Part shown: one piece after another, positions 27,104 through 41,134 of the stretch
How the letters are laid out: each line of letters starts with the position of its first letter
Numbering within the stretch: position 1 is the first letter of the stretch
DNA from: Octopus sinensis
Taxonomy: Eukaryota
NCBI RefSeq assembly: GCF_006345805.1
Contig: NC_043004.1
Span: forward strand, 100,130,001 to 100,194,000
Length of the DNA stretch: 64,000 bases
Reading direction: 5' to 3'
The notes under the pieces: generated by a model
Told to the model about the DNA's origin: nothing
Databases searched by the model: none
The model's input: the letters and a program-made list of their open reading frames with translations, nothing else
Made by a program: the position numbers and the translations under genes

Positions 27104-27365
27104 TCTATTTATTTATTTATTTATTCGTCTATCGTTTCAAATTATATTTGTTTACTTTGGTAGGTCCACCTTGTATTGTCTTGTTTGCTGGAGCCCTAAT
27201 TCTACGCAGATCTTGTGAGTACCGGCGATATACGAAGTTCTCACTCTTATCGTTAAAGGCACGAAACTGAGTATTAATATTTTTGGTCGAAACTGATGAA
27301 GGATTATGTTCCTTCTGTGACTACAGTTTGTAGTATTTTGTGTAATTTTCATTTAATATATATTT

Positions 27366-27778
27366 AGGCGCAGGAGTGGCTGTGTGGTAAGTAGCTTTTT
27401 TACCAACCACATGGTTCCGGGTTCAGTCCCACTGCATGGCACCTTGGGCAAGTGTCTTCTACTATAGCCTCGGGTCGACCACTTGTGAGTGTATTTGGTA
27501 GACGGAAACTGAAAGAAGCCTGTCGTATATATGTTTATATATATATATGTATGCGTGTGTGTTTGTGTGTCTGTGTTTGTCTTCCTAGCATTGACAACCG
27601 ATGCTGGTGTGTTTACGTCCCCTTCACATAGCGGTTCGGCAAAAAGAGACCGATATAATAAGTACTGGGCTTACAAAAGAATAAGTCCCGGGGTCGAGTT
27701 GCTCGACTAAAGGCAGTGCTCCAGCATGGCCGCAGTCAAATGACTGAAACAAGTATAAAAGTAAAAGAGTAAAAGAGT
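27366..27778 (+). mobile_element. SINE family A full copy
   Basis: ggcgcaggagtggctgtgtggtaag head to (gagtaaaa)n tail. Confidence 0.95.
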
Positions 27779-27848
27779 ATATCCGCATATATATGCATAC
27801 AGATAGACATTCATACTTATATATATATATATATTTACATTCATACTT

Positions 27849-27884
<36 letters not shown>

Positions 27885-28497
27885 TTAATATATGTCTATA
27901 AACAAACACACACGCATATATATTATTCTGTGTGCACAGTTTAATGAAAGCCTACTACTGTAAGAGAAGGCTCCACGTAGACTATCATTATCCAGATAGC
28001 TTCCAGCATAGTGATTAGTCAAACACTGTATATATACATGTATATGAAGCACTTATCAATCTGTGATACAAGGTTAGTTTCCCTTGGAAACTCGTGTTTT
28101 GAACAAACAGGAATTCTGTAAGCTTTATTACAGTCATAGAGTATAAATAATAAATGAAGAACGAAGTTTATGATATAACGTTTATTCCAGGGCTTGCGAT
28201 GTATTCAACGACTTGTAGGTGATCTGTCACATAGTCTACAGACATAGAGGATAATGGGGATTTAGTGTTGTACATTTTCCTTCGAAACCGGTCGGATAAA
28301 ATAATGCACAAAATGATCAACATTATCATTATCAACTGCACCACTAATACTAATCTCTGCTTTTAATAACAGTGCATTTAATCCGCCAATCTCAGTTTCG
28401 TTAATACTAATACTTTCCACACAATTCCCTATCATTATCAAGTACAGCAACCCGAGCTGCTAGAGGTAGTTGTGAAATTGCCTCAAATTACACTCTC

Positions 28498-28890
28498 TCT
28501 TTTACTCTCTTTTACTTGTTTCAGTCATTTGACTGGGGACATGCTGGAGTACCGCCTTTACTCGAGCAAATCGACCCCGGGACTTATTCTTTGTAAGCAC
28601 TGTACTTATTCTATCGGTCTCTTTGCCGAACCGCTAGGTGACGGGGACGTAAACACACCAGCATCGGTTGTCAAGCAATGCTAGGGGGACAAACACAGAC
28701 ACACAAACACACACATACATATATATATACGACAGGCTTCTTTCAGTTTCCGTCTGCCAAATCCACTCACAAGGCATTGGTCGGCCCGGGGCTATAGCAG
28801 AAGACACTTGCCCAAGATGCCACGCAGTGGGACTGAACCCGGAACCATGTGGTTGGTTAGCAAGCTACTTACCACACAGTCAATCCTGCT
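28498..28890 (-). mobile_element. SINE family A full copy
   Basis: Near-identical to 26691-27103. Confidence 0.95.
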
Positions 28891-29039
28891 ATTTTAAATA
28901 AAGTAAAATACAATGGGCAATGTAGAACCTGATATACATACGCAAAGATTTCGACGCTTGAACACATTTTATAGATAAGGCTACTTGATGATATCAGACC
29001 TAGGATTAAACAGCGACATTAGTTCTACCGTTACTGATA

Positions 29040-29420
29040 TTGGTTTCAAATTTTGGCACAAGGCCAGCAATTTTGGAGGTGGGGGATTCGATTACATCAA
29101 CTCGAATGCTTAACTGGTACGTATTTCATTCACCCTGAAATGGTGAAAGACAGTGACAACCTCAAAAGAATTTGAACTCAGAAAGTAAAGACACGAAATA
29201 TTGCTAAGTATTTGACCACGCGTGCTAACGACTCTGCCAGTCAGCCGCCTATCTGTCATCGCGAATATTGGTTTCAAATTTTGGAACAAAGCCAGTACTT
29301 TTGGGGCTCGTCGATTACATTGACTCCAGTGTTCAACTGGTGCTTATTTTATCGACTCCGACAAGATGAAAGGCAATGTCGACCGCAGCGGAATTCGATC
29401 TAAGAACATAAGGACAGACA
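29040..29420 (-). mobile_element. Two older SINE family C copies
   Basis: Each begins tggtttcaaattttgg..caa.gccag (29041, 29269) and contains the family core. Confidence 0.7.
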
Positions 29421-29519
29421 AAATGCGGCCACCACGATCACCACCTGCTTCTGCTACTGTTGCAACCGTCACTACCACCACCACCATCGCTGCCGCGCCA
29501 CCACTACCACCACTACTAG

Positions 29520-30212
29520 TGCTCAACTTGTACTTATTTTATCGACCCCGAAAGATGAAAGGCAAAGTCGACCTGGGCGAAATTTGAACTCAGAGCACAA
29601 AGACAGACGGAATACGTATTTCTTTACTACCCAGAAAGGGCTAAAAACAGAGAGGACAAACAAGGACAGACAAAGGGATTAAGTCGATTATATCGACCCC
29701 AGTGCGTAACTGGTACTTATTTAATCGACTGCGAAAGGATGAAAGTCAAAGTCAACGTGGGCGAAATTTGAACTCAGAGCATAAAGACAGACGCAATACT
29801 TATTTCTTTACTACCCACTAAGGACTAAACACAGAGAGGACGAGCAAGGACAGACAAACGGATTAAGTCGATTATATCGACCCCAGTGCGTAACTGGTAC
29901 TTATTTAATCGACCCTGAAAGGAAGAAAGGCAAAGTCAATCTCGGCGGAATTTGAACTCAGAACGTAACAGCAGATGAAATACCTATTTCTTTACTACCC
30001 GCAAGGAGCTAAGCACAGAGGGGACAAACAAGGACAGACAAACGGATTAAATCGATTACGTGCGGATTAAGTGCGTAACTGGTACTTATTTAATCGACCC
30101 CGAAAGGATGAAAGGCAAAGTCGACCTCGGCGGAATTTGAGCTCAGAACGTAACGGCAGACGAAATACCGCTAAGCATTTCGCCCGGCGTGCTAACGTTT
30201 CTGCCAGCTCGA
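29520..30212 (-). mobile_element. Head-to-tail array of SINE family C (184-bp period)
   Basis: tatttctttactaccc at 29617, 29801 and 29985; only the last unit keeps the 5' head. Confidence 0.9.
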
Positions 30213-30469
30213 CGCCTGTCTGCCATCGCCAGTGTTAACACTACACTTATTAACAGCAACATCACAGCAACATTTAGCGCTACTTTCCCCGACACCACTA
30301 CAGCCAACGCCACCCTCTTCAATCCTACTTCTACAATCATTGGTACTAACTCCATCAGTGTCTCATAGCAATCACCATTGCGACTCTCAACACGATCACT
30401 ACCATAATAACAATTCGTAATTGCTTGTACCACTAATACCACCACGAGCACCGCCGCCAGCATATCGTT

Positions 30470-31058
30470 ATCACCATCGCCATTTCCACCACGATCAACA
30501 TCACCAACACCACCACTACCATCACTCTCACCACCATCACCTCCACCGTCATCACCATCACCACCAGGATGACCATCACCACTATCACCGCCACAATCAC
30601 CATCATCACCATTGCCGCCACCAACACTATCATCGTCATCACCTCCACCATCACCACCATGACCATCACCATGACCATCACCATCGCCGCCACCATCATC
30701 ACTGCCATCACCATCACCAACACGACTATCATCACCGCCAACACTATCTCGACCACCATCACTGCCATCACCATCATCATCACGACTACCACCATTATCA
30801 CAACCACAGCGACCATCAACATCATCATCATCGTCACCACCATCGTCACTGCCACCACCATCACCATCACCTCCACCATCGCCGCCACCACCATCACCAC
30901 CACGACGACGACCACCAGCACCAGCACCACCACCGCCAACAGCACCACCATTATCACAACCACCAGCACCACCACCACCACCACCATCACCAGTACCAAC
31001 TCCAATATCACCACCACCTCCATCAACACCACGACTCCCACCACATCACCACCATCAT
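30470..31058 (+). repeat. Degenerate (CAC/CAT)n low-complexity tract
   Basis: Directly visible. Confidence 0.9.
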
Positions 31059-31245
31059 ATCTTTGATACTGCCATTTCTTATTGACCTTTACGAATTCCA
31101 GATGCTGACCCAAAGATCCACAGACGCGGTTGGTAAGGGAGAGAGGGGATCGATCTGTAGTGGTCTTTGCCTCTATCAATATAATCAACCGCAAACTTTC
31201 TGAGCCCCTGCCCTTTCTCTCCCCCCTCTCTCCCTATCTTTCACC

Positions 31246-31280
<35 letters not shown>

Positions 31281-31473
31281 ATCTCTTCTCTTCGTCAACC
31301 TATCTACTGACCACTTTCCAGTCACAGCCCCCCCCTCACGCCGTCTGTCTTATTCTTGCTTGACCGATATCAAACAACGATAAAATTACAGCGAATCAGA
31401 TAACAAAGCAATGGGCTCGCCCCTGTAAATTAGATGAAACTGTGATGAAATGCAATGTAACAAGAGATAAATG

Positions 31474-31528
31474 CTAGTAGTAGTAGTAGTGGCGGGGGCA
31501 GTGGTGGTGCTTGTAGCAGCAATAGTAG

Positions 31529-31580
<52 letters not shown>

Positions 31581-31630
31581 GGTGGTGGTGGTTTTGGTGA
31601 CGGTTGCACAACTAGCAGAAGCAGCATCAA

Positions 31631-31682
<52 letters not shown>

Positions 31683-31845
31683 TGTAGTAGTAGTTGTAGT
31701 GGTGGTTGTGGTGGTGTTGGTGGTGACGGTTGCACCATTAGCAGAAGCAGCAGCAGCAAGAGCAACAGCAGCAGCAGCAGCAGCAGCTGCAGTAGCAGCA
31801 GTAGTAGTAGTAGTAGTAAGTAGTAGTAGTAGTAGTAGTAGTAGT
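31474..31845 (+). repeat. Compound (GTA)/(GTG)/(GCA) repeat with a ~126-bp duplication
   Basis: ggtgacggttgcac..tagcagaagcagca occurs at ~31596 and ~31722. Confidence 0.9.
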
Positions 31846-32127
31846 TCAGACCGTGTTCAGTCTTCACTTCAGCAGGTTTCTTTTTTGTGAGGCATTCCAG
31901 CCGTGACAGTCACCCCCCCATCTTATTTATCTAGAGTAATTATATTATTCAGCTTGTCCGAAATGTTAAACATTAGTGAAATATCATCTGAGGAAGATTT
32001 GGCTACATTTTCTAGCAGTTCAGTCAAACGCATAGCTGTCTGGTGATGTGGCTGTTGTCGTTATCCTCCTCGTCGTTGTTGTTGGTGTTGTTGTTGTTGT
32101 TATTCATGTTGTTTTTGATGTTGTTAT

Positions 32128-32175
<48 letters not shown>

Positions 32176-32480
32176 GATGATGATGTTTTCATTGCTGCCA
32201 TCGTCGTGAGAAACCCTTTTTACTGCTATATACGAAGTTCCTGACTTTGGGTAAAATAATAATAAAATAACATGAAAATAAAATAAAAATGGCTTTGAGT
32301 AAAATAAAATACCAGAATATTATGATTTAATTCCTCATATTTCCCTCTCAGATTCACACACTCATTGCAGTATTTCTAAACCTTTCAGTTTTTCTAAGAC
32401 CTGTAAAACAACTCGGAAGGTTGGGCCTCGGACTTGGCCTTTCGCGAGACCCTTAAAACCAAGAAGTTTTCAGCACCCCC

Positions 32481-32674
32481 TCCTCCCGGGTTGCGGATCT
32501 GTGGAATAAGCTGCCGGACGAGATGGTGAAGATGCCGACGACCGCTCGGTTCAAAGTCTCCCTTGACCACAAGTGGCCTGAACTCTTTACATGAACACCA
32601 CCCTTTACTTAACTCCATGTCCCCCTACATGGCCTTGCTTTTTGCTTTTTGAGCCAAAAAATTAACTACCTAAC
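32481..32674 (+). mobile_element. CR1/L2-type LINE 3' end
   Basis: From 32487 RVADLWNKLPDEMVKMPTTARFKVSLDHKWPELFT* matches the RVVNxWNxLP..FK..LDK C-terminus; short 3' UTR ending in a taac-like tail. Confidence 0.75.
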
Positions 32675-33299
32675 ATATGGGGTACTTAGAATACGTTAGG
32701 ACGTGATTTGAATGCATTTGGCTGCTATTTCTCCGTTGCTATTTTGTTGCTATTTTTATTGCTACTATCGTTTAGATAGGCTTCTAACCTATGAGAAAAA
32801 CTTTACCTGCTCCTGACCATCATGAATGCTAGTTGTTAACTAGGTCTAAATTATTAGATGTGTCCTCATTTGACGATCAGCAAAGAGGATTTGAGCGAGA
32901 TATTTGGAACAGATGGAATGACACAAATCTTCGATATCTTGAATTTGTTGCACTTCGAATACATTTAAAAGCCATGCTGTATTTATGTATTTATGTATTT
33001 ATTTATCTATTTTCTTTCATTACTGAATTCTGTCATGGCAGTCTCTTGCAGATATCTATCGATGCACGCGCATACAAATCACACACACACACACACACAC
33101 ACACAAGCACACATACACAAATACACTCACACTTTCACACACATACATATTCAACCTTACAGGATGGACTAGGTATATGCCAACAGACACAGATCATAAG
33201 TGGAAGAATTAAAGAGGGATGGATGGGAAGATAAATGGTGTATGTATAGATGGAGAGACTGACAAATAGATAGATATATAGACAGATAGCTGAGCAAAC

Positions 33300-33404
<105 letters not shown>

Positions 33405-33429
33405 AAAAAGAAAAAATGAAAGAAAGAAA

Positions 33430-33650
33430 GGCGGTGAGCTGGCAGAAACGTTAGCACACCGGACGAAATGCTTAGCGGTAATTCTTCGGCCGCTACGTTC
33501 TGTGTTCAAATTCCTCCGAGGTTGACTTCGCCTTTCATCTCTTCGGGGTCGATTAAATAAGTACCATTTAAGCATTGGGGTCGATGTAATCCCTTTGTCT
33601 TTCCTTGTTTCTCCTATGTATGTTTAAACCCTTGTGGACAGTAAACAAAT
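33430..33650 (+). mobile_element. SINE family C full copy
   Basis: ggcggtgagctggcagaaacgttagc head, GTTCAAATTCC, core, tail; between GAAA and GATA repeats. Confidence 0.9.
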
Positions 33651-33651
33651 G

Positions 33652-33734
<83 letters not shown>

Positions 33735-34314
33735 AAAATCATTCGATCGATGTGTGGATTGAATGATAGGCAGATAGAAATGGAATGTTTGTGATGGAAC
33801 AATTAAGTGCTGCTATGGTTACCAGAGGACTATGAACAATTAGATATTTCCTACGTTTCATTGTTTATAAGAATTATTATCGACATTGAGTCGTTTATTT
33901 CTAGGTCGTTTGGCCAAGTACTTATTACATCGCGTCAATGAAGCTTTTAAAATGGATTATGTTGGTGTGGTGTAAGGCGAGGATATCACAGGGAAAGTGT
34001 GACAGTGGATATTAGGTCGTTGATTAAAATTTCATGATATCCTATATGTTTTCGAAAAAACAAAAAGATAGAGTGCATAATTGATTTACCGAGATGCCAC
34101 ATGTAACTGGTGTGACAAATAGGATATCAAAGAACTGATTTGACAGAAGATATCACCATGATATGAACGCCATATTGAGGATATCTTCTATGATTGATGT
34201 GGTGATAATTCTCAATTACACTTGACTTGACAGAGGATATCTTGTAAGGTTAAGTTGGTTTTTTTTATGCATATGTTTGTGTTTAAGTATATATATATCA
34301 TTATATTATATATA

Positions 34315-34369
<55 letters not shown>

Positions 34370-34408
34370 TATATATAAATAATATATATATATAATAAAT
34401 ATATATAT

Positions 34409-34452
<44 letters not shown>

Positions 34453-34599
34453 CATATATATATACATATATATATGTATGTAGACATATATATACATACA
34501 TATATATTTGTGGTATGCATGCAGTCTGCACATTTGATCCTTAATGTAGTATATATGATATAGAAGGGCTACTTCAGTTTCATATAGATGTATGCCGAT

Positions 34600-34858
34600 T
34601 GTATTCAGACAGGATCAGTAAAACGTTTGGCTACATGAAGTCATCTAACTGATAAGCAATATGTCCACGGCTCTTAGTGCAGGAGTGAATGCTAGAACAC
34701 GAAAATGGTGAATACGATGAAATAGTGAGTAACTATATGACAGGAGATAATTGAATTACTTTGAGATGCGAGCTATTCTATGCGTCAGAAATGCATAATC
34801 AAAAAAAGAAAAATTAAGTAAAAACGGGAACGTGCACACGGTCATTATAATTGGTGTG
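34600..34858 (+). pseudogene. Possible highly decayed RTE-type LINE ORF fragment
   Basis: Scattered translations (GVNARTRKW, LFYASE) resemble the xxARIxxxW and LYGSETW motifs. Confidence 0.3.
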
Positions 34859-34879
34859 TATATGTGTATGTGTATGTGT

Positions 34880-35263
34880 GGAGGCGCAATGGCCTAGTGG
34901 TTAGGGCAGCGGACTCGCGGTCATAGTATCGCGGTTTCGATTCCCAGACCGGGCGTTGTGAGTGTTTATTGAGCGAAAACACCTAAAAAACTCCACGAGG
35001 CTCCGGCAGGGGATGGTGGTGATCCCTGCTGTACTCTTTCACCACAACTTTCTCTCACTCTTACTTCCTGTTTCTGTTGTACGTGTATTTCAAAAGGGCC
35101 GGCCTTGTCAATCTCTGTGTCACGCCGAATATCCCCGAGAACTACGTTAAGGGTACACGTGTCTGTGGAGTGCTCAGCCACTTACACGTTAATTTCACGA
35201 GCAGGCTGTTCCGTTGATTCGGATCAACCGGAACCCATCGTCGTAACCGACGGAGTGCTTCCA
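34880..35263 (+). mobile_element. tRNA-derived SINE family B full copy
   Basis: A box TGGCCTAGTGG, B box GTTTCGATTCC; near-identical to 48365-48752. Confidence 0.95.
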
Positions 35264-36151
35264 TGTGTATGTACGTGTAGGTAGATGTGTATGCATATAT
35301 ATGCGCGAGTGTTTGCATGTTTTCATGTGAGTATGTGCTTAAAATCACCACGACCTCCAGCTCTGTAATCACAACTAACAATAACAATACAACCAGCACT
35401 AATAAGTTTATTATTATCATTGTTTCAATAATAAGCAACAAACTTAAAAATCATCATCATCACTCAACCCATATCCTGTTTTAATTATAATACTCTCCAC
35501 TTCATTGCAGTAGAGCTACATTCTGGCACCGCAATCCACCACTATAAGGTTAATTACACTCCTTATATAATTTGAGTATACATACAATTTAGTTATCTAC
35601 ACCATTTCAAAGATACACTATGACTCACCCACTTTGTATTATACACATATCAACTGTAACACTTTGACATACTACAGCTCCTCCCAGCATTATCACTAAC
35701 ACCGGATTAACTATCTCCATCCTAAATATTACTACAGCTACTGCTACACCTATTACAAGCCAAGGAAGAAACATTCTCCTTGTTGCTCGATCTTTTAGAA
35801 ATAACAGCTAAATCTCCATTAAATAATCAACCTAAAATTGAACACATTGGATAAAATGCTGCTGTGTTCCTTGCGCATAGGAAAAAGACAGGAAGCCACT
35901 TAGAGGAATGCATTTGTTCGTAGTTCTGCTCATCGAGGCATGACCTGCAGAATAATATCAACAGCTTAGAACAAGGAAAAAATTTTCTGGCGGTTGAAAA
36001 AAGACTGTAATGGTAGGTACTTATAAGGAAGCTTAAGGGTGCGACGCAATATCAACGACGAAAGGAGAGGTAAATTAGTTACGTGGTTCTGCGCTGACGT
36101 GGACTGAGATCTACTAGACATTACGCGCAGAGACAACTGTAGTGACACTAA

Positions 36152-36478
36152 GGAGGCGCAATGGCCCAATGGTAAGGGCAGCGGACTCGCGGTCGTAGGA
36201 TCGCGGTTTCGATTCCCAGACCGGGCGTTGTGAATGTTTATTGAGCGAAAACACCTAAAAAGCTCCACGAGGCTCCGGCAGGGATGGTGGTGATCCCTGC
36301 TGTACTCTTTCACCACACCTTTCTCTCACTCTTACTTCCTGTTTCTGTTGTACCTGTATTTCAAAGGGCCGGCCTTGTCACTCTATGTGTCACGCTGAAT
36401 ATCCTCGAGCAGGCTGTTCCGTTGATCGGATCAACCGGAACCCTCATCGTCGTAACCGACGGAGTGCTTCCACCACTT
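36152..36478 (+). mobile_element. SINE family B, internal deletion, 12-bp TSD
   Basis: TSD tagtgacactaa at 36140-36151 and 36479-36490. Confidence 0.95.
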
Positions 36479-36888
36479 TAGTGACACTAAATGATAGAGG
36501 TCCTGAGAAGTACATACATGGACAAGAGATAGCATTATTATGTGTTGATATACGAACTCATCATTGTAGGGTTTGGAAGTTAAAGAACCAACACAGCTCA
36601 TCCATCTCAGATAATTTCCTCCTTTCCACGAATTTTGATGATTCTACAAGAACTTATAGGTACCGAATTTCGTCCACTTATACAAAAAGTATGCTTTTAA
36701 ACATAAAACAATTTTCAACGATTGTATAGTAATGGCTTTCATAAAAGTGCACAGGACCGCCATTATAGTTGAGTCATAAGGTGTGGCAGTGGTCCATGGG
36801 AAGACAGATTTCTAATTTAAGACGACAAAAATTAGAGTAACACAATGACCTGTAACACATTCACACACAGATACACACACACAAAGAG

Positions 36889-36924
<36 letters not shown>

Positions 36925-37248
36925 CAACATATATATATATATATTAATATTTATATATGATTGAATGAATACATTTACGTATTTAATTGTCTCAGGGTGG
37001 AAAACACTTGAATGCGCACACAGGAGCTCATATACGTACCCATATATGCATATACGTGAATATGTAATATATTATACATGTATATATATATATATATAAT
37101 ATATATATATACATATACATATATACATATATATACATATACATATGCATTCACACGCACATAGGTAATATATGTGTGTGTGTGCATGTGTGTCTATGTA
37201 TGTTTGTATTTACACACACATATATATATGATGTGTATATATATATGC

Positions 37249-37307
<59 letters not shown>

Positions 37308-38227
37308 TATAAAATGTATAAAGACACACGCACGCACTTTCTCCCAAACCCAAACACACGCACATACAGAAAAAATGAGGGAAGAGAAAAGGAATATACT
37401 TCAGGATTATTTCGGACAGAAAAGGAGTGTGGGCCACAAAGCGTTCCAGAGACTTGAGATAATTAGTGTCTGTACAGTTAGTTTTCATTCTCTTTCGATA
37501 CAGCTCCTTAAGTCGCTTAGACCTTTGATGTCTGAGCTGGTATGTTAACATACGAAAAACTCTTGGGACTGTCGCACATATGAAATGCGTTTGGGCAGAG
37601 TTAGCGGTATTTGTGTGTATGTACGTTTGATTAAAGTATAAATAGGTGGCCTGCCTATTTAGAGGCATGCATAATTAGAATATAAGATGGAGTTTTATTT
37701 TAGTTTCCGTTTCGAAAATAGCATTTATTTATGTGTAAGCTTCCCCCCCCCAACACACACACAGGGAATGTTCAGTACACTCATGGGTAAGTGGTTATGA
37801 CGCTTGATATACAACCACATACTTTTAGGGTCACTCCCACCGCAGGGCATCTTGAGTATATTGAGCTCTATAGACCCTTATCGATGGATATCGTGTAAGT
37901 GTAACGCAAATATTTGCGTCCAAACGTTTGTGAGTTAAATATAACGATCATTCGTATCACTCACGCATCACTTACGTATATGCCTAGCAGCTATAGATCT
38001 CTGTCGTTGCTTTATGCATACATATATATGCAGGAATCAGCAAAACCTATTTTATTTGAAATTGGAGAAAGTGCATCGTTAATACACGAGGGGAAATTGA
38101 AAAGTTCCTGGCTTTAAGACTATCGTAAAAGGCCAGGTTGATAACCTAACATTCCGACTTCTTTTGCAGGGCTTTGTTAGTTCATTTTATCTAATACATA
38201 TATGTATATATACATACATACATATAT

Positions 38228-38490
38228 ATATATATAAATATATATATAATCAAAATAAGCGACTGGATATCCAGAGGTAATGCAGTACGATCGTTTCAAG
38301 CAACTCCGTTTACTTGAACAATGCAACCATTACATCAATTTAAATACAGAGCAATCCTCACCTGCATAATTACATAGAATTAAATAAAATCAAAATAGAT
38401 GGACACTTCAGCATAATTTTACCTAAAACCTCCAAGAATGTAAGGAAATAGACAATAATCATGTAGTCTTCACTTCAGCTTAGAAGCTAT
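38228..38490 (-). mobile_element. TA-flanked PLE pseudo-LTR-like fragment
   Basis: Reverse complement contains GAAA-CGAUCG-UA (palindromic helix III-like) and a distant CUGAAGU. Confidence 0.4.
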
Positions 38491-38541
38491 ATATACATAT
38501 ATATACATACACACACTATCACACACACACACACATATATA

Positions 38542-39712
38542 CGGGGTCTGACCAATAAGTATCCGTCCTGTTGGCATAGTAGTAAAGTTAAAGCTGCTTG
38601 GCAAAGATTGACTGTGAATTTTGCTGTGCATGCGCACTAAGTTTTAACGTTCTAGCTCACTTCTGCTGTTTAAAGCAATGCTTAGAAAGAACATGTGTAG
38701 CGTGTGATGGTCGCATTGACCATGGCAGAGAAAGTTGTCATGGCGATACTTGCTCAGAGGCCCACGCCAAGTAGCAGAAAGTCTATGGAGAGGAGAGCAT
38801 GAGCCGCACAGTGTACCATTGATTCAGACGTTTCCAAGATGGCCGAGAAAATGTTGATATTGACGAACGTACAGGAACACTCGCAACCAGTGGACTTGAG
38901 TAAAACAGCACAAACGTGCGTGCAGCTGTGGGGAAAATCGTCGAATCACCATCCGTGAGTGATTAGAAGATGTGTAGATTAGATATGGTTTAGACCAGTC
39001 CATTATCACTGAAGTGGAGGCAGAGGGCCTACTGGTTACAGCAGCGGACTTGCGGTCGAGGGATCGCAGGTTCAAATTTCATACCGAGCGATGTGTGTGT
39101 TTATGAGCGAAATACCTAAGCTCCACGCGGCTCCGGCAGAAGGTAGTGGCGAACTTCTACTGACTCTTTCGCCACAACTTTCTCTAACTCTTTTCTCCTG
39201 CTTCTTGCAGCTCACCTACGACGGATCGGCGTCCCGTCCAGGTGGGGAACCTATACGCCAAGGAAACCGGGAAACCGGCCCTTATGAGCTAGGCGTGGTT
39301 CGACTGAAGATTGGGGTATGAGACACGTGTCTGCTTAGTTTATGCCAAAACTGTATTCAGCTGATCAAAAACACAGTCGGATTTCAGTTGCTCAAGGTCG
39401 CCTTGATTGTGCCGAGAATGATGAAAGCTTCTTGAAATCTTTGCGTAGGACTCTGAGCACGCATCACCAAGGTTTTGGCACAATTTCAAGCAGATTTTCA
39501 TCTCATTTTTCTCTGTCATATTCAATGCGGCGATCACACGCCACTCACCTTCCTTCCAAGAACTGCTGTAAACATCGGAAGGGAGCTAGTCCCTTAAAAA
39601 TTAGTGCTCATGCACAGCAGATTTGAAGGTCAATCTATGGCAAGCGGCTTTACTCTGCGAGCTTTAGCATCGTTACTATGGCAACAGTCCGGATACTTAT
39701 TGATCAGATCAC
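38542..39712 (+). mobile_element. Mariner derivative with long inverted 5' ends; decayed transposase N-terminus
   Basis: Ends cggggtctgaccaataagtatccg / cggatacttattgatcagatcacg; translations FRRFQDGRENVDIDER, NRRITIRE, GMRHVSA*FMPKLYSADQK; inverted copy encodes MTEKNEMKICLKLCQNLG. Confidence 0.85.
39015..39302 (+). mobile_element. SINE with family B head and a different tail, nested in the mariner
   Basis: TSD actgaag at 39008-39014 and 39303-39309; the transposase sequence resumes across it. Confidence 0.9.
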
Positions 39713-40325
39713 GCACACACAACACACACATATATATATATATATATATATGTGTGTATGTGTATTGAACTTTTTAAAAAGTTCCTACCGTTAATGGTTA
39801 TATTTACATGCCGAAATCTACCCGTAAATAATTGTTGTTGTTTTTTAAAAAAAACATTAAAACTATTATTTATTCTTGTTATATTTCTACATATATTTAC
39901 GTATATATACATGAGTACTAGGCTTGTTCTCTCCACGTAGCCTTAATACACTAATAAGTTATTTTGCAAAAAAAACTCTGTACTACTCTCACATAAGTAG
40001 TCTTCGAATATACGCAAAGTGATGTGTGAGTGCGTGTGTTTTTTGTGTGGGTGTGTGTGTATGTGTGTGTTTATGCGTATATCATGATATAAAATCAAAA
40101 CTCCATATCAACACCGATAGAATCTAAATTTGTTTACACAGTTATTTTTCATTCAATCCTCTCTAAGTTATTTAACGTAATATAAACGCTTACCTGTATG
40201 CGTGATTCTGTGTCTTTATGTGCGTGCGTGTGTGCGTTTGCGTGTGAATCTTGAAACATATAAAGCAAATGTATCTACTCATGCATATATACATGCATAC
40301 AAAGACACATACATAAATGCACATG

Positions 40326-40376
<51 letters not shown>

Positions 40377-40417
40377 ATATGTATGTATATATACATATGT
40401 ATATATATATGTATGTA

Positions 40418-40496
<79 letters not shown>

Positions 40497-41134
40497 TGTA
40501 TGTATGTATGTATGTATGTATGTATGTATGTATGTATGTGTGTATGTATGTATGTGTATATACATGTATGTATGCTGGAATATACACGTGAGTGTGCTTG
40601 GAGTGGGTAGCTACATATTTATATTGATTTAATGCTTTCGAGAGGAAACCCAGAGCCGAATCATATCAGCTTATCTGGAGTGTCTGAGACGGTAATCTTG
40701 CAATCGCGCCACCCAGTATAAGATGTAAGATTGTAACGATGAACGTTCTCAGGGAAGGAAAATACACAAGATATCACAAAATATCAATTATGCAAATCTT
40801 TAGGAGGAAACACTTAGATAAATAAATCCTCCACGGGGAAAGAAAAAAGGCCAAGCGAGGATACGAAACTATCACTAACCACTAGGTAGGTATTTATCAT
40901 AACCAGGTAGGATTTTACTATTCTGTACGTGTAGTATTTTGTGCCTTGTGCCCAGATTTATGTGACAGTGTGTGAGCGTATTTGCGTAGCTGTTTGAATG
41001 CAACTATACAACGGCGATCCCCAAACCATTGGGCCATGAATTATTTAGTACAGGGCCGCACAGAAATTGTATTACCGATTTTAGTTTACACGGTGTTTTT
41101 ACATCATAAAAGTGTTGTCTTTGAAATATACATA

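Noticed and set aside
27290-27330. CTGATGA followed by a small hairpin
   Set aside because: No GAAA or helix III follows
29520-30212. CRISPR-like array
   Set aside because: Whole 184-bp units repeat with no unique spacers; SINE-derived; eukaryotic context; no cas genes
30421-31890. His-, Thr-, Val- and Leu-rich ORFs
   Set aside because: Trinucleotide low-complexity repeats
34880-34955. tRNA genes at SINE heads (also 15417, 36152, 48365, 58334)
   Set aside because: A/B boxes are present but there is no proper cloverleaf, and each continues into a repeated SINE body, often with a TSD
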